Shown: piece after piece, positions 27,310 through 46,140 of the stretch
How positions within the stretch are numbered: the stretch's first letter is position 1
Layout: each line of letters opens with the position of its first letter
Source: the human T2T-CHM13v2.0 reference genome, Homo sapiens
DNA: 64,000 bases
Assembly (NCBI RefSeq): GCF_009914755.1
Contig: NC_060931.1
Reading direction: 5' to 3' (one strand)
The notes under the pieces: model-generated
Database searches by the model: none
The model's input: the letters and a program-made list of their open reading frames with translations, nothing else
What the model was told of the DNA's origin: nothing
Made by a program: the position numbers and the translations under genes

Positions 27310-27510
27310 CTAAGAAAATGCTCAAGATACAATATATGAAGACTAACTATGTGTTGGCACAGCAAATGTGACCAAAGAGTCATGAAAGATCAAAGGACAA
27401 TGAGAAAGTCAAAGGTAGGAGGCTCTGGGTATAATAACAAGCACTTGCAGTTCTTGAATTTGGGTTAATGAGTTTGAATCACAGGTAATCCTTTCAGGAT
27501 GGAAAGTTGT
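27310..27510 (+). repeat. Copy B of the ~200-bp local direct duplication
   Basis: Matches 23835-24036; identical 31-nt core aatgagaaagtcaaaggtaggaggctctggg. Confidence 0.9.
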
Positions 27511-28010
27511 TCCATCATGAAACATCATGAAAGAGTTTTCCAGGCTCAGTTTCTCTCTCACTTCTCTTGGGATCTGCTGCTTGCAGGGACCACAGGCAGC
27601 AGGGCTTCTTCAGGTTCTGCTTGGCCATCGGGGAAGGCTAAATCCCACCCACTGCTGCTGCAGTTGGCAGGTGAGCTACCCAACTCGGGATCTTTATTAG
27701 CATCCACTCTGTGTTCACAGACCTAAAGACATGACCTCATATCTGGGCTCCAGCCATGATCTAAGTGCTATTTTGATATCCTAGCCCCATCATTCCTTAT
27801 TTTTCAATTTATTGAGAATTGAGACAGGGAAGAGGATATTATATAATGAGTCCCTTCAAAGACAGCCCCTCCAAGAGATGATTAAAAGTTAGGTAGATAA
27901 GTTGAGAGAGGATAGTCTAGGCAAAGGAAACATTGTAAACAAAAACAATGAATTATGAGGTTGTGGTATACTCAGGAAACTCAAATTAGTTCAGTGAGTA
28001 GAGTCTCAAT

Positions 28011-28231
28011 CAGGGGTGTCCAATTTTTTTAGTGTCCCTAGGCCACATTGGAAGGAGAAGAATGGTCTTGGGCTACACATAAAATAAATTAACACTAACA
28101 ATAACTGATGAGCTAAAAACAATCACAAAAAATTCTCATAATGTTTGAAGAGTTTACAAATTTGTGTTGGGCCACATTCAAAGCCATCCCGGTCTGCATG
28201 TGGCCTGTGGGCCACAGGTTGGACAAGCTCA
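28011..28231 (+). mobile_element. MER30 (hAT) DNA transposon
   Basis: 'caggggtgtccaat...ggccacaggttggacaagct'; 8-bp TSD gtctcaat / gtctaaat. Confidence 0.9.
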
Positions 28232-29249
28232 GTCTAAATTAAAAGCCTGGGAGTAGTAGGTGTTCAATTAGGCTGGATAGGGAGGCAGCAGTTAGATCCA
28301 AAAAAGCCTCTTATGCTCTTATGCCACATGAAGGTATCTAGTTTTGTTGTTGTTGTTTTGTTTGTTTGTTTTGTCTTGTTTTTCAGAGGCAATTGTGGGT
28401 CAGTATGGAGAATTTGAAAGGATTGCAGTGAGACAAGGAGACTACTAGAGTAGGTGCTGCAGAAGTCAGGTCAAGAGAGGTTGGGGGCCTTGGCCAGATT
28501 AGAGGGTGATGGTATATGTGGAGCTGTTTATATGATACTTATGCATGTACTTTTAACATGGCTTCAATTTTGTTCCTAATTCATATAAAGCAAACTTCAT
28601 TCATTGTGCTGATTATTAGGCAACTTTGTGGTGGCAAATAAGAATGGAGGGGGTAGGAATCTTCTTTGGTGTTTTTCTCCATTTGTCTCCCTGAAGTGGT
28701 CTTTGAGTTATCAAAGATTGCACCCAAAAGATACTCATTCATTTAAAAGGCTACAGACCTTGAGCATGATTGGCAGAAGAGTCCCAGAGTTGCTGATTGA
28801 AAAGTTGGCAAACTTTACCTTGGAGGAAGAATTAGGGAATCTGGAATGATCTAATTTGGAGGACAGAATAGTTCACAAAGGTATGATACCAACTATACCC
28901 ATTTTCACTGAAGATAGACACAGGAAATAGCTTTAAACAAAGGCCTAAAGGTCTTACATGGGCTGAAATTTTAAAAGTTTTGTTGATTAGAATTGAATAT
29001 TGGAGTTACTGACAGAATTGTGGAATATCTTCCTGCAGAGATGTTTAAAAGTAGAACTTGTAACTATAATTGAAGTAAGACCCTTTAAAAGATGGAGATA
29101 TAAATTAAGGGACTATGCATATAAGCTAAAGCATTGCTTTTGATTTTGCTTAAAAACAAAAACAAAAAGATAGTTTTGTGTTTGAGGTACGGCAAAAACA
29201 AAAAGCAAAATATACACTACTCTGGAGTTTTGCTAATATTATCTTAGAT

Positions 29250-30660
29250 TCATTTAATCAATAAATATTTTTATCTAAAACTGTTTTAGGTGCCAGGCTT
29301 AATAGGACTGAACGAAGATAAAAATCACTGCTAAAAGGAAGAATTAAAATTAAAAAAAAAACAAAGGATGTATATATTTAGGGGTGAGGGCAGGCATGAA
29401 GATGTGTGTAAGTTTAGACGTGTGGCTAAGGAAGGCCTCATTGAAAAGGAAAAATTTGAGTAAATCCTGAAAGTTAAGGGAGAAAGCTATGGGGATCTCT
29501 GTGGGAGGGGGACTATTCTAGGCAGAGAAATTAGCAGGTGCAAAGGCCCTGAGGCAGGTATATGCTGGTCAGTATGGCAGAGGGAAGAGAATGAGTAGAA
29601 GAGTAGCAGAAGACCAGAGATAGTAAGGGCAGATCATGTAGAGCTTTCAATGTCACTGGAAGGGCTTTGATGCTGGTTTTTAGTCAGAGATGGGAGACAA
29701 TGGATTTTAAGCAGAAGAGTGGCCCTGGAGCACTCTGGATACTCCTGAGAAGAGACTGTAGGGCAGGAGCTGGAGCAGGAAACCCATTTAGATGATGTGA
29801 TAGTTAATTTTCCATCAACTTGACAGAATTAAAGGACACCTAAATAGCTGGTACTGCATTATTTTTTGTGTGTCTGTGAGGGTGTTCCTGGAAGAAACTG
29901 GCACGTGAGTCAGTGAACTGAGTGGGGAACATCTGTCCTCAATGTAGGCGGGCACCATTAAATGGTTGGGGCCTGGATAGAACAAAAAAGTAGAGGAAAG
30001 GCAAATGCTCGGACTCTCTCCTGGAACTGCGACACCCTCTCCTTCTCTTGGACGTCAGAAGTCCAGATTCTCTGGCCATTGGAGTTCATGACTTGCACTG
30101 GGGTCCCTCTACCCCCACCCCAGGCTCTCAGGCCTTTGGTCTTGGACTGAGGGCTATAACATGGGCTTCCCTGGTTCTGAAGCCTTTGGACTTGGACTGA
30201 GACATGATACCAGCTTCCTGGATTCTCCCACTGGAAGATGTCTTATTGTGGGACTTCTCAGCCTCCATAATGACATTAGCCAGTTCCCCTAATAAATCCT
30301 CTCTCGTATATCTATATGTGTATCCTGATGGTTCTGTGTTAGAATCCTGACTAATAGAGAAGAGTATTGCAGTAACCCAGGTGAGAAACGGCGGTGGTTT
30401 GGACTAGAGTGTTGGAAATATGTCGAGCACTGGTTGGATTCTGGATAGTTTTTTAAAAGGGAGTCAATAGAATTTCCTGAAGGATTGAATATGAATGTAA
30501 AAAAAGAGGAGTTGAGGGAAACTCCAAGAATTTTTACCCTAGCAACTGAAATAATGGGATTGAAATTGACTAAAATGGGGGATTTTTGTGAAGAGGGAGG
30601 CTTGGGAGGTACATAGCAAAAGCTCGCTTTGGACAGGTGAAGTTTGAGATGCAACTTGGT
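29250..30660 (-). mobile_element. L2 LINE interrupted by MLT2
   Basis: 'cattta atcaataaatattt', 'gtgcaaaggccctgaggcagg', 'gggcagatcatgtagagc', 'ttggacaggtgaagtttgagatgc'. Confidence 0.8.
29796..30358 (+). mobile_element. MLT2 (ERVL) solo LTR
   Basis: 'tgtgatagttaatttt...tcaacttgac', 'gtgggacttctcagcctccataat', 'cctgactaata' end. Confidence 0.88.
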
Positions 30661-31719
30661 GCAGATGCCTCTACTACATGACAAAGCTATATGAGAACAA
30701 CAGATTATCTAATCAACTACTCCCTTTCCCTACCACCCACTTTATACAACCTCCCATTGACCTATTGCTGTAAAATAAAACAAAAATCTCTTATATTCAA
30801 AGCTTTAAAATTCACATGATGATTCTGCTTTGCTTTAATTTTGCTCTTTAGTTTTATTTTGTCTAATAAAATGAAGTATACATTGAAATGCCTGGCACAT
30901 GGTAGGTGTTGAATAAATATTTGTTGGATGAATGAATGGTAGTGGGGAAGCCACAGGGCAATTACCCTTTCCTGAAAAGACCACACAGAAATGGAAGGAG
31001 AGCTTGGCAATGTTGTTAGAGTCTAAATAAGAACCACTATATGTCTCCACATTTTCAGAAAACCAATGAGAGATGAAAAATCAAGAAATGCTTTTCTACT
31101 ATAGACCCCAAAGACTTGGACAAAAGCCTTTAAGCAACATATTCCATTAAAAAAAGAACTCCTGAAGAGAAAAATAGTATGTTTTCTTCTTTCCTAATAT
31201 CAGCCTTGCAACTCAAACCAAGCATGAAGAATTGGCAGGTTATTTTGTTTTGTGTGTGTGTGTGCTTTTTTTTTTTTTAATAAAGCCTTCCTACAATGAA
31301 AGATTAAGAACTCAACAGTGTTCCCAGCCAACAAGAGAGTGGTTTGCAGCATAATGAGCAGATATATTAATTTGGAGGCTATGCAGTGGTAAACTGACTC
31401 ATGGATAAAATACAATGTGGTCTTTGGGAAGAGGATTCATGTGCAAGAGAAGACATTGGATGAGATTTGTAATCTCAGCATAAGAACCCTTCAGAACACC
31501 CCTCTGGAAAAAGAGGCAGAGTCTCACACAGAAGCCCCCAGAATAGAGGTAGGATGTGCTGTGGCTGGATACAAATACTTAAGAAGGGGAGAGCTTTCAC
31601 TTTCCAAAGAAGAGAAAGTTCACTTCTGACTATGAGAGGAATGTTAAGATTTGGTGGGAATGACAGCAAGGGTCACCGAGGAAAAGATTCTAATTTCTTC
31701 AAACATATTGTGAAGTTTT

Positions 31720-32101
31720 CAGTTGTGTCCTCCAAGAAGCAGATGCTGAGGTCGATTGGAGCATGCGTGGCTAACTGGGGACAGGGATGGAGAAGGTGTG
31801 CTTGTGAAAGGTAAAGGAGGGAAGAAGCAGAATTGCACAGGGAAAGCTTGCAGACGGAATTGTGGTTCTGACCTCTGCGAAAGAAAGTACCCTGGGGAAG
31901 CAGAATTCAGCAGGAAGCGCTGCAGACCATGATCACTATCCAACAAAGTCTTGGCTGACTCAACAGGGAGCTCCAGAGCAGGGATAATTGGTTAAAGGAG
32001 TCCCTACTGGGCAGAAGCGGCCATACCTTAGTACCCTGCCATACTTAGTCATTGGCTGAGGATTTCCTGGGGAGGCAGTGGCATCAGCTCAAAAACTGAG
32101 G
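31720..32101 (-). mobile_element. ERVL LTR fragment (LTR16/LTR33-like)
   Basis: 'ctccaagaagcagatgctgag', 'cagggagctccagagc', 'cttagtcattggctgagg' resemble antisense LTR16/33-family LTRs. Confidence 0.55.
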
Positions 32102-37981
<5,880 letters not shown>

Positions 37982-37999
37982 AAATAGTTAGTACTTTTG

Positions 38000-40170
38000 A
38001 GTTCTAAAAAAAAATCTTCGTTTTTATCTTCCCAAGCTTGTGAAGATATTCTCCGGCATTATCCTAGGGAAGCTTTGGGAGGGGTTTCATATTTTGAACT
38101 ATGATCCATTGTGAGTATATTTTTGTGAGTGGAGCAAGATAGATGTTGAGGTTTATTTTCTTCCTTTTGAATATCAAGTTGTTATATCATTATTTGTTAA
38201 AAATATTTTCCTCATAGTTGGTTTGACAAAACTCAATTGACTGCTATGTGTGAGTCTATTTCTAGACTCTTTGTTCTGTTCCATTTATCTAACTGCCTAT
38301 TCTAGTATATCTCAACTTCTCTTATTATCACTCTCCTGAGGAGCTTTTCTAGACATTTTTATTCCTAATTGCCCCCTCCTCCATTAACTTTTTTTCCAAT
38401 GTTTTTTATTGTGGTAAAATACACATAACATAAAATTTATTATCTTAACCATAATTAAATATATTAATATTGTATAACCTATAATACCATCACTACCACC
38501 CATCTCCAGAAATATTTTAATCTTGCAAAACTAAAACTCTATATCCATTAAACAAAACTACCCATTTTCCCCTCTCACTATCCCCCAGCAACCACCATCC
38601 TAATTTCTGCCTCTATGATTTTCACTACTCCAACTACCTCATACAAGTGGAATCACATAGTGATTGTCTTTTTGTGACTGGCTTATTTCACTTAGCATAA
38701 TGCCCTTGAGGTTTACCCATGTTGTAGCATATTTCCTTCCTTTTTGAGTTGGGACTATATTCCATTGTATGTTTAAACCACATTTTGCTTATCCATCATC
38801 TGTTGCTTCCACATTTTAGCTACTGTGAATAATGCTGCTATGCATATGCATGTACAAGTATCTCTTCAAGACTCCACTTTCAGTTCTTTTGAGTATATAC
38901 ACAGAAGTTGAATTGCTAGATCTATTTTTTTAATGTTTTTTATTTTTTAGAGACTCAGTCTATGTTGCCGAGGCTGGAGTGCAGTGACTAATCACAGGTG
39001 TGATCACAGAGCACTACAGCCTGGAACTCCTGACCTCAAGATATCCTCTCACCTCAGACTGCTGAGTATTTGGGACTACAGGTACACACTACCGCACTTA
39101 GCTGATAATTCTATTTTTATTTTTTTTGAGGAGCTGCTAGCCGCTATATTGTTTTCCACAGTGGCTGTACCATTTTACATTCCCATCAATAATGCATTCC
39201 AGTTTCTCCACATGCTTGCTTACACTTGTTATCTTCTGTTTTTTTTTTAATCATAGCCATCCTAATGGATGTGAGATGATATCTCATTGTAGTTTTGATT
39301 TGCATTTCCCTTATGATTAGTGATGTTGAATATCTCTTCATGTGATTTTGGCTCATTTGTATATCCTCTTTGGAGAAACATCTATTTATGTACTTTGTCC
39401 ATTTTTGAATTGAGTTGCTTATTTTTTATTGTTGAGATTTAATAGTCTCTGTGTTCTGGCTATTTATCTTTTATCAGACACATAATTTGAAAATATTTTT
39501 TCCCATCCTGTAGGTTGTTTTTTTAGTCAATTGTTAATGTCTTTGATGTACAAATTTTTTAAGTTTTCATGAAGTCCAATTTGTCTATTTTTACTTTTGT
39601 TGCCTGTGCCTTTGGTGTCACATCCAAGAAATCGTTGCCAAATTCAGGGTTACAAAATTTTGTCCTACATTTTTGTCTAAGAGTTTTAGAGTTTGAGATC
39701 TTATATTTAGGTCACAGATCCATTTTGAGTTAATTTTTGTGTGTGGTGTTACATAAGGACCCAGCTTCATTCTTTTGCATGTGGATATCCAGTTTTCCCA
39801 GCAACAGTTGTTGATATGACTGTCTTTTCGCCATCCCTCCATGAATTTTGATATTAGAGATACATATCTGTTTATGTGCTATATGTATATATGTGCTTCA
39901 TACATGAAAAGAATAAGTGTTTTCCCCTCCAAGAACCAGTTTCCATCCCCTTGGGAGTGCTACCACTTCTATTGAGAACACATAATCTATTCTTAGGCTA
40001 ATACCATATTGTAGCTTTATAGTACATTTTGAAATGAGGTAGAGGAAATCCTCTAACTTTGTTCTTCTTTTTTGACATTCTATTTATTAATCTATATTTT
40101 TTGCTTTTACAATAAGTTTTAGAATTAGCTTGTCAATTAAAAAAAATGTGGTGAAATTTTACTACTGCTC
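38000..40170 (-). mobile_element. Nested cluster: old L1M > hAT-like DNA element > L1MA/MB (about 38390-39830) > FAM monomer
   Basis: L1M text at 38000-38310 resumes at about 39990; younger L1 3' end starts 'ttttttattgtggtaaaatacacataac' (about 38402); ORF2-like ORF 39618..39842 (CCWENWISTCKRMKL). Confidence 0.7.
38925..39102 (-). mobile_element. FAM (fossil Alu monomer)
   Basis: Single monomer with the 7SL-like insert 'gtgactaatcacaggtgtgatcacagagcactacagcc'. Confidence 0.8.
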
Positions 40171-40930
40171 ACGATGGAGTAACAGGAGCTAGATTTCCTA
40201 AAGCACATGGAAATCTAGACACAATACATTTTTTTTCAGGCACTGGACAACAGGCAGTGCAGATCTGTGGTCCCCAAGAGAAGGAAAATAAACTGGTCAC
40301 CTCAACTGACTGCTTTGAGGCCCATTCTAAATTGCAGAACAGGAGGAAAGATGTCAGAAAGAACACAGCAGCTTTGCTGAGGAGACAGAGATGAGAGTTC
40401 AGGGAATCTGAGGTGGTGGGATGTTACTTGAAAGAGTTTCAGAAAAGAGGCAGCTAAATAGAAAAAGAGTTTCAAGAATTTCCATAGGGTTCCCCTTGGG
40501 GTTTTGAGGAATACTAAGACCTACATCCATAGAGTAAGAACTCTCCACACTCAAGAAAGAAAAAAAAAAAAAACTGATCAAGATCCATGAGCTAAACTGC
40601 TCAGAATTCACACAGTACTTGGTATTGTTTGAGTTCCCAGCAGCCAAACTGGAGATTCCTCATTGGTTGATCAGGACATTCACTAGAGATCACAGAAGGA
40701 TCACATTTCTTGAAGTAGGGCTAAACTATTCCTACATTAATGGCTACTCTAGATGTACTCTAACCCTTAAAAACCAGTCTCATAAGAATTACACTAAAAT
40801 GCAAATAATAACCCTCAGATCTAATTCAACACTCTTTGAAGAAAGACAACAAAATCCAGCATTAAGCAACATAACATCCACAATAATGGGCAAGTAAACA
40901 GAAATTCCTAGACAAACCAAAATCAAAAGA
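40170..40930 (+). mobile_element. Old L1M 5' region fragment
   Basis: Similarity to L1ME 5' ends ('caaaatccagcattaagcaacataacatccacaat...aaattcctagaca'). Confidence 0.5.
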
Positions 40931-41059
40931 TAGTGTAGTTTACACTCTGTACTAAATGTATGCTATACTTTAATAAAAAGTAAAAAGAGAAAAAGAGGAA
41001 AGACAGCAGTTTTAGCAAAAAAAAAATGCCAAAACAAACATGGGATAATACAATGCTTA

Positions 41060-41232
41060 TCAAACCTGCAGAATTACCTGGAAGGCTGATCTTGTTAAAA
41101 CACAGATTACTAGGCCCAACCCTTAGAGTTCCTGATTGCTAGGTCAGTTGAGGGGAGGCTCACAATGTGGATTTCTGACAAGTTCCCAGCTACTGCTGCT
41201 GCTGCTCCAGAGATAGCATTTGAGAACGACTG
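41060..41232. mobile_element. MER5A (hAT-Charlie)
   Basis: 'cagaattacctgg...cttgttaaaacacagatt.ctaggccc...atttctgacaagttcccag...tttgagaacgactg'. Confidence 0.85.
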
Positions 41233-41239
41233 GAACAGT

Positions 41240-41480
41240 GTTTGGTTTTAGATTCTAGAATCAGTTAGACCAACTTAGCCATTTACTAACTTCGTTATCT
41301 GGTTGCATTTCTTAACCTTTCAAAACCCCAATTCTTGTTTCATTTGGTATTGTTTTTGGTAAAATAGGGATAATAATGGTACTTACCTCATATGATTGAT
41401 GTGAGGATTAAATGATATAATGTGCCCAGTATTGGCACATAATACAAAATAAAATTTAGCCACTTTATTATTATTATGAT
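41240..41480 (+). mobile_element. MIR SINE
   Basis: 'gtaaaatagggataataatggtacttacctcata...gtgaggattaaatga'. Confidence 0.75.
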
Positions 41481-42242
41481 TACATAAATTGCTAGCTATT
41501 TTTATTATCACTGAGAACAAACTAATATCCTCTATATTTATTTTGTGACCCTAAATTAGCTGGTATTGTTGTAGTAAATGTGAAAAAAGCTTTTCTAATC
41601 CAAGACCTTTTTTCTTTTGTTTATACAACTGTCTTCCAGAATGTTCCTTTGGGGCTAAAATTTTCCATGCTTGGTTTAAGCCAAAAGATGATTTTTTTTT
41701 TCAAGGCAAATGAACAAAATCAGTTAAAGCCTGTTGAGTTATGGGAAAAGAAAAAAAGAATATTTTTCATTGCTTTAGAAAAAGAACCTCACAGAAATAT
41801 CTAAAAAATAATGTAAACATAAAGTAAGTTCAGCTTGGGCATAATAATGATTCTCAAAGAGAAAATTTAAATTGGAAAAATTGGAAAAGCAGAGGTTTTT
41901 TTGAGTGTAGGGTTTTATTACGATATTAGTTAAATGTAAGCTTCTTAAGAGAAAAATTAGTGCTGATATAAGTTTCTATAGATGACAAATAGAAAATCTC
42001 ACACCACAACATTGCATTGAGAAACAATTGAGACACTAGTAGGAAAGCAGCTACACCAGAAGAAATCTTTCCCTGAACAAAGGTATCCAGGTACCAGCTC
42101 AATAGCACTTCATTCAGTCAACCCTGAAAGGAGATTTTCATATGAACTTTAGATATAGATTAGCCAACCCTTTGAAAAATAGACCTAGAATATACCATAA
42201 ATCACATTTTTACTCTGATGTCATAACTGGGTCTACAAATGG

Positions 42243-42582
42243 TGTGGCAGATATATCACTAGTCCATTGATTTCCTCCCTATGTAGGTTGATGTCAACTT
42301 GGCCTGGTAAGTTACTCTGGCCACTGAAACATGGATGAGAATGATGCAGGCCATTTGTGAGCACAAAGTTTAAGAGTCACCATGTGGCACAGCCCTCTCT
42401 CTTTTCCCTCTTCCATAAGACTGTGTAATGTCCCAGATGGGGATCTTTCCTTCATTTGGGTCCCAGAAGGAAGCCAATAGGGTTCAGAGTCATAGGCAGC
42501 CAGTGACAGGTGCTTTTGTTTGTTTGTTTCTGATAGCACTGAGATTTTAGAGTTGTTTGTTATTGCAGCATAACTTAAGCTA
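42243..42582 (+). mobile_element. MLT1 (J/K-like) MaLR LTR
   Basis: 'tgtggcaga...', 'cactgagattttagagttgtttgttattgcagcataactta'. Confidence 0.7.
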
Positions 42583-42612
42583 AGCCTCCCCCACCCCCTG
42601 CCCAACATACAC

Positions 42613-42616
<4 letters not shown>

Positions 42617-42670
<54 letters not shown>

Positions 42671-42685
42671 GATAGATAGATAGAT

Positions 42686-42729
<44 letters not shown>

Positions 42730-42776
42730 TGCTGTCTGATAAATAAGGATTATGTTGGCCACTCCTAGAGGTACAT

Positions 42777-42824
<48 letters not shown>
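42617..42824. repeat. Compound STR: (AG)24, interrupted (GATA)n, then (AC)23
   Basis: Direct reading: AG run 42617-42664, GATA blocks to 42729, AC run 42778-42824. Confidence 0.97.
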
Positions 42825-42827
<3 letters not shown>

Positions 42828-44550
42828 GCTTCTTTTCTCCTCAATGGCAGCCTTAACTGGGAGGATGAAAGGCAGGGCAAGGTAAAGGAGAGGGTGTCGT
42901 TGGTAGGTGGAAGAGGCTAGAACTCTGAGTCTACCTTCAAATTAACCTTTTTTTGGGCTGCTTTTGAGAACCTACAGTCCATTCAAATTTTACTAGTTAA
43001 GCCCTGTGAGCAACTGAATGACCATATCTATCTTTATACAACCAATCAGCCTAGCACAACACTGAATCATACACACTTAATTAATTAATTATGCCTGGAC
43101 AAATGAATGATTGGAAATGGCACTGACCATAGAAACTAGAGGCATTTCTCTCCCTGAGTAATGATGAATCTAAGAAATTAATATCACGCATATATTCCTA
43201 GAGAATGCAATTCTGAGACTTTTTGGTTAGGGAACAAAAAAACAGGATGAGAAAGAGAGAGGTAGGGAAGGATAAGGAAAACTGGATGGTATCCTCAGAG
43301 CAATTTGGATTAATTAAATGTCTTCTTTGAAAAAAGAAATGATAAAAGACAACAAACCATAACAGCTAATAGCTCCTTAAGGACAGTTTCATAAAGTGTC
43401 AAGATTATTTGGGAACTTTCCCCATAATAATGCATGTCACCATGCTTTGAGGAGGCTGAAGATAATCTGAAGCTCACAAGAAAGGAAGAAAGAAAACAAA
43501 AAGCGGTCTGGAGATATTAGGTCATATGTAGTTTTCTTGGGTCACAATTTCAAAAAATTATATGTCTGTAGAATCCATTAAGTAAAGAATATGAACTCTT
43601 TCAAAGTAAAACTGTTTATTAGCAGTATTTTATAGAAAGTTAGAATTAGAGTATTTTTATTAAATATCTTTTTTAGACTTCACCTTTAAAAATTATATTT
43701 TAAATAACCATGGTTTGGGCTCATTAAGTAGCATAAACTATTTTTGAAAAGCTCTGGGTTCAATAAAGCCCAAGCTGTCTTTTGCTAAGCACCTTTTTCT
43801 CTCATTTTAAAAACCATTTGTGTTTTAAGAGAAATTTAACCCATGTGTTTTTTATTTATTTAAATTTAAAGAATCAGAATGGTGTTTTTTCAAGTTAGTT
43901 GATACCAAAGAAGCTATTTGAGCCTTTTAAAGAGCTTTTAGTCAACAAACAAGAAGCAATGATTTGCCAAGTGTAAATGAATTTGCACACCAAGAGGTGT
44001 GTATTTGTTTGTAACTGCAAACGTCTGATTTCCAGTCCCTTCTGTATCTGGCAGAGATAGATAGTTTTTGTTCTAGATTCCCCAAACATTAGCTGCCTTT
44101 ATGATGAATAAATGTATTAAGGTTGTAAAATTAAGTCAAATGGGGATGACTGATAAAATGGTTCAATAAATCATTGGCGGTGCAAGAGGCCTTGTAACTA
44201 AATGGAAAGGATTGTAATTAATCTGTCAGACATTTATTGAGTTTCTCTTATGGGTAAGGGAAAATGCTAAGACGAAAAAGCCATGGTTCCTGATCCCCAA
44301 ACTATGAACAACCTAAGAAGCTTGCCTTCTTCATTCTTTAAAATCGAGAGAATCTAGAAAGTTCAATTGGATGGTATTTCTGTAGAAAGAGAACTGAGGT
44401 ATGGTTTCGGGAATTTTCAGATATGAGGGCAATGTTCTTAAAAAATTAGATTAAGAATAAAAAAGATCAGAATTTATCAGGCAGATGGTGTTGCTTTTTA
44501 CCTCTCCCATCTCTGTCTCTCCCTAGGGTTAAAAAAGTCACTCAGCTGAC

Positions 44551-45503
44551 TGTGATGCTTAATTTTAGATGTCAACTTGATTGGATTAAGGGATACCCAG
44601 ATAGCTGATAAAGTATTATTTCTGAGTATTTCCAGAAGATTGGCATTTGAATCTGTGGGCTGAGTAAGATGTAAGCAGGCATGGTCCAGTGTGGGCAGGC
44701 ATCGTCCAAATGGCTAACGGCCCACATATAGCAAAAAGGCAGAGGAAAGGTGAATTTGCTCTCTCTCTCTCTCTCTCAATTTCTTCTTTAGCTGGGACAC
44801 CCTTCTCTGCCCTTGGATGTTAGAACTCTAGGTTTTCTGGCCTTTGAACTCCTGGACTTGCACCAGTAGGCCCCTGGGTTCCTCAGGCCTTCAGCCTTGG
44901 GCAGACAGTGATATTGTTTAGCTCTGTGTCCCCACCCAAATCTCATGTTGAATTCCACTTCCCACTGTTGGGGGAGGGACCTGGTGGAAGGTGATTGGAT
45001 CACAGGGGTGGGTTTCCCCTTTGCTGTGCTTGTGATAGTGAGTGAGTTCTCTTGAGACATGGTTATTTGAAAGTGTGTAGCCCTTCCCCCTTCACCTCTC
45101 TTGCTCCATCATGGTAAGATGTGCTTGCTTCCCCTTCGCCTTCTGCCATACGTTTCCTGAGACCTCCTAGCCATGCTTCCTGTACAGCCTGCAGAACTGT
45201 AAGTCAATTAAACCTCTTTTCTTCATAAATTACTCAGCCTCAGGTAGTTCTTTATAGCAGTGTGAGAACAGACTAATACAGAAAATTATACAATGGGATT
45301 CCCTCTGTCTGAGATCTTTCAACTTAGATTGAACCATGCTACCAGCTTCCCTGGTTCTCCAGTTTGCTGATGGCCTATTGTGGGACTTCTCAGCCTCCAT
45401 AATGATGTGAGCCAATTCCCATAATAAATCTCCTCTCATCTCTGTATTTATCTCTCTATATATCCTATTAGTTCTGTCTCTCTGGAGTACCCTGACTAAT
45501 ACA
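44551..45503 (+). mobile_element. MLT2 (ERVL) solo LTR split by a MaLR LTR
   Basis: 'tgtgatgcttaattttagatgtcaacttgattggattaagg' ... 'ccctgactaataca'; perfect TSD ctgac (44546-44550 and 45504-45508). Confidence 0.9.
44909..45280 (+). mobile_element. THE1D/MSTA solo LTR
   Basis: 'tgatattgtttagctctgtgtccccacccaaatctcatgttgaatt' ... 'gagaacagactaataca'. Confidence 0.9.
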
Positions 45504-46009
45504 CTGACAAAATCACAATATTCTGTAAGACGTTATGTACTGAAGCTTAACAGACACTTATATTAAACCTGCAGGTATCTTCTCTAAAATTGGAGTTGAC
45601 TTGCTTCTCAGATGTTCAGCCTCCTCACCTCTCTCTACTCTGGTTCTCAGTAGCTTCTTTTTCTGTCCTATAAATACGAACTGCATCCAATATATGGATA
45701 TTTTAGGGAGTAATGAGGATAGCACTTCAACCTTTGCCTCAATCTCTGAAAATTTGCTCTGGACAGAAACTTATTTATTTGACTGCCTCTCTCCTCTTAG
45801 AGAGATAACAATAAATAAGGGGTAAGTGGAGGAGGGAGCAGAGGTTTTGCTCAATAATTATCCTATGAATTCTTTCTTCAAAAAACGGAATGACAAATGG
45901 TCAAATGATGGTATAAGTGACCTCTCCCTACACCCCCAACAGGAGGACATATAATACATATAATTTTAAAGGTGTGTTTACCTTCATGTCAGAAAAAGCA
46001 TTGAGCTTT

Positions 46010-46140
46010 ATCATTCAAAAACAAGTATTTATTGAATATCTACTATGTGTCAGGCACTGTTCTAGCTGCTCATGGTGTGCCAATTAACAAAACAGACAAA
46101 AAACCAAACTCTGCCCCAGTGAAGCTCACATTCTAGTAGA
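46010..46140 (-). mobile_element. L2 3' end fragment
   Basis: 'tcattca...tatttattgaatatctactatgtgtcaggcactgttctag'. Confidence 0.8.
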
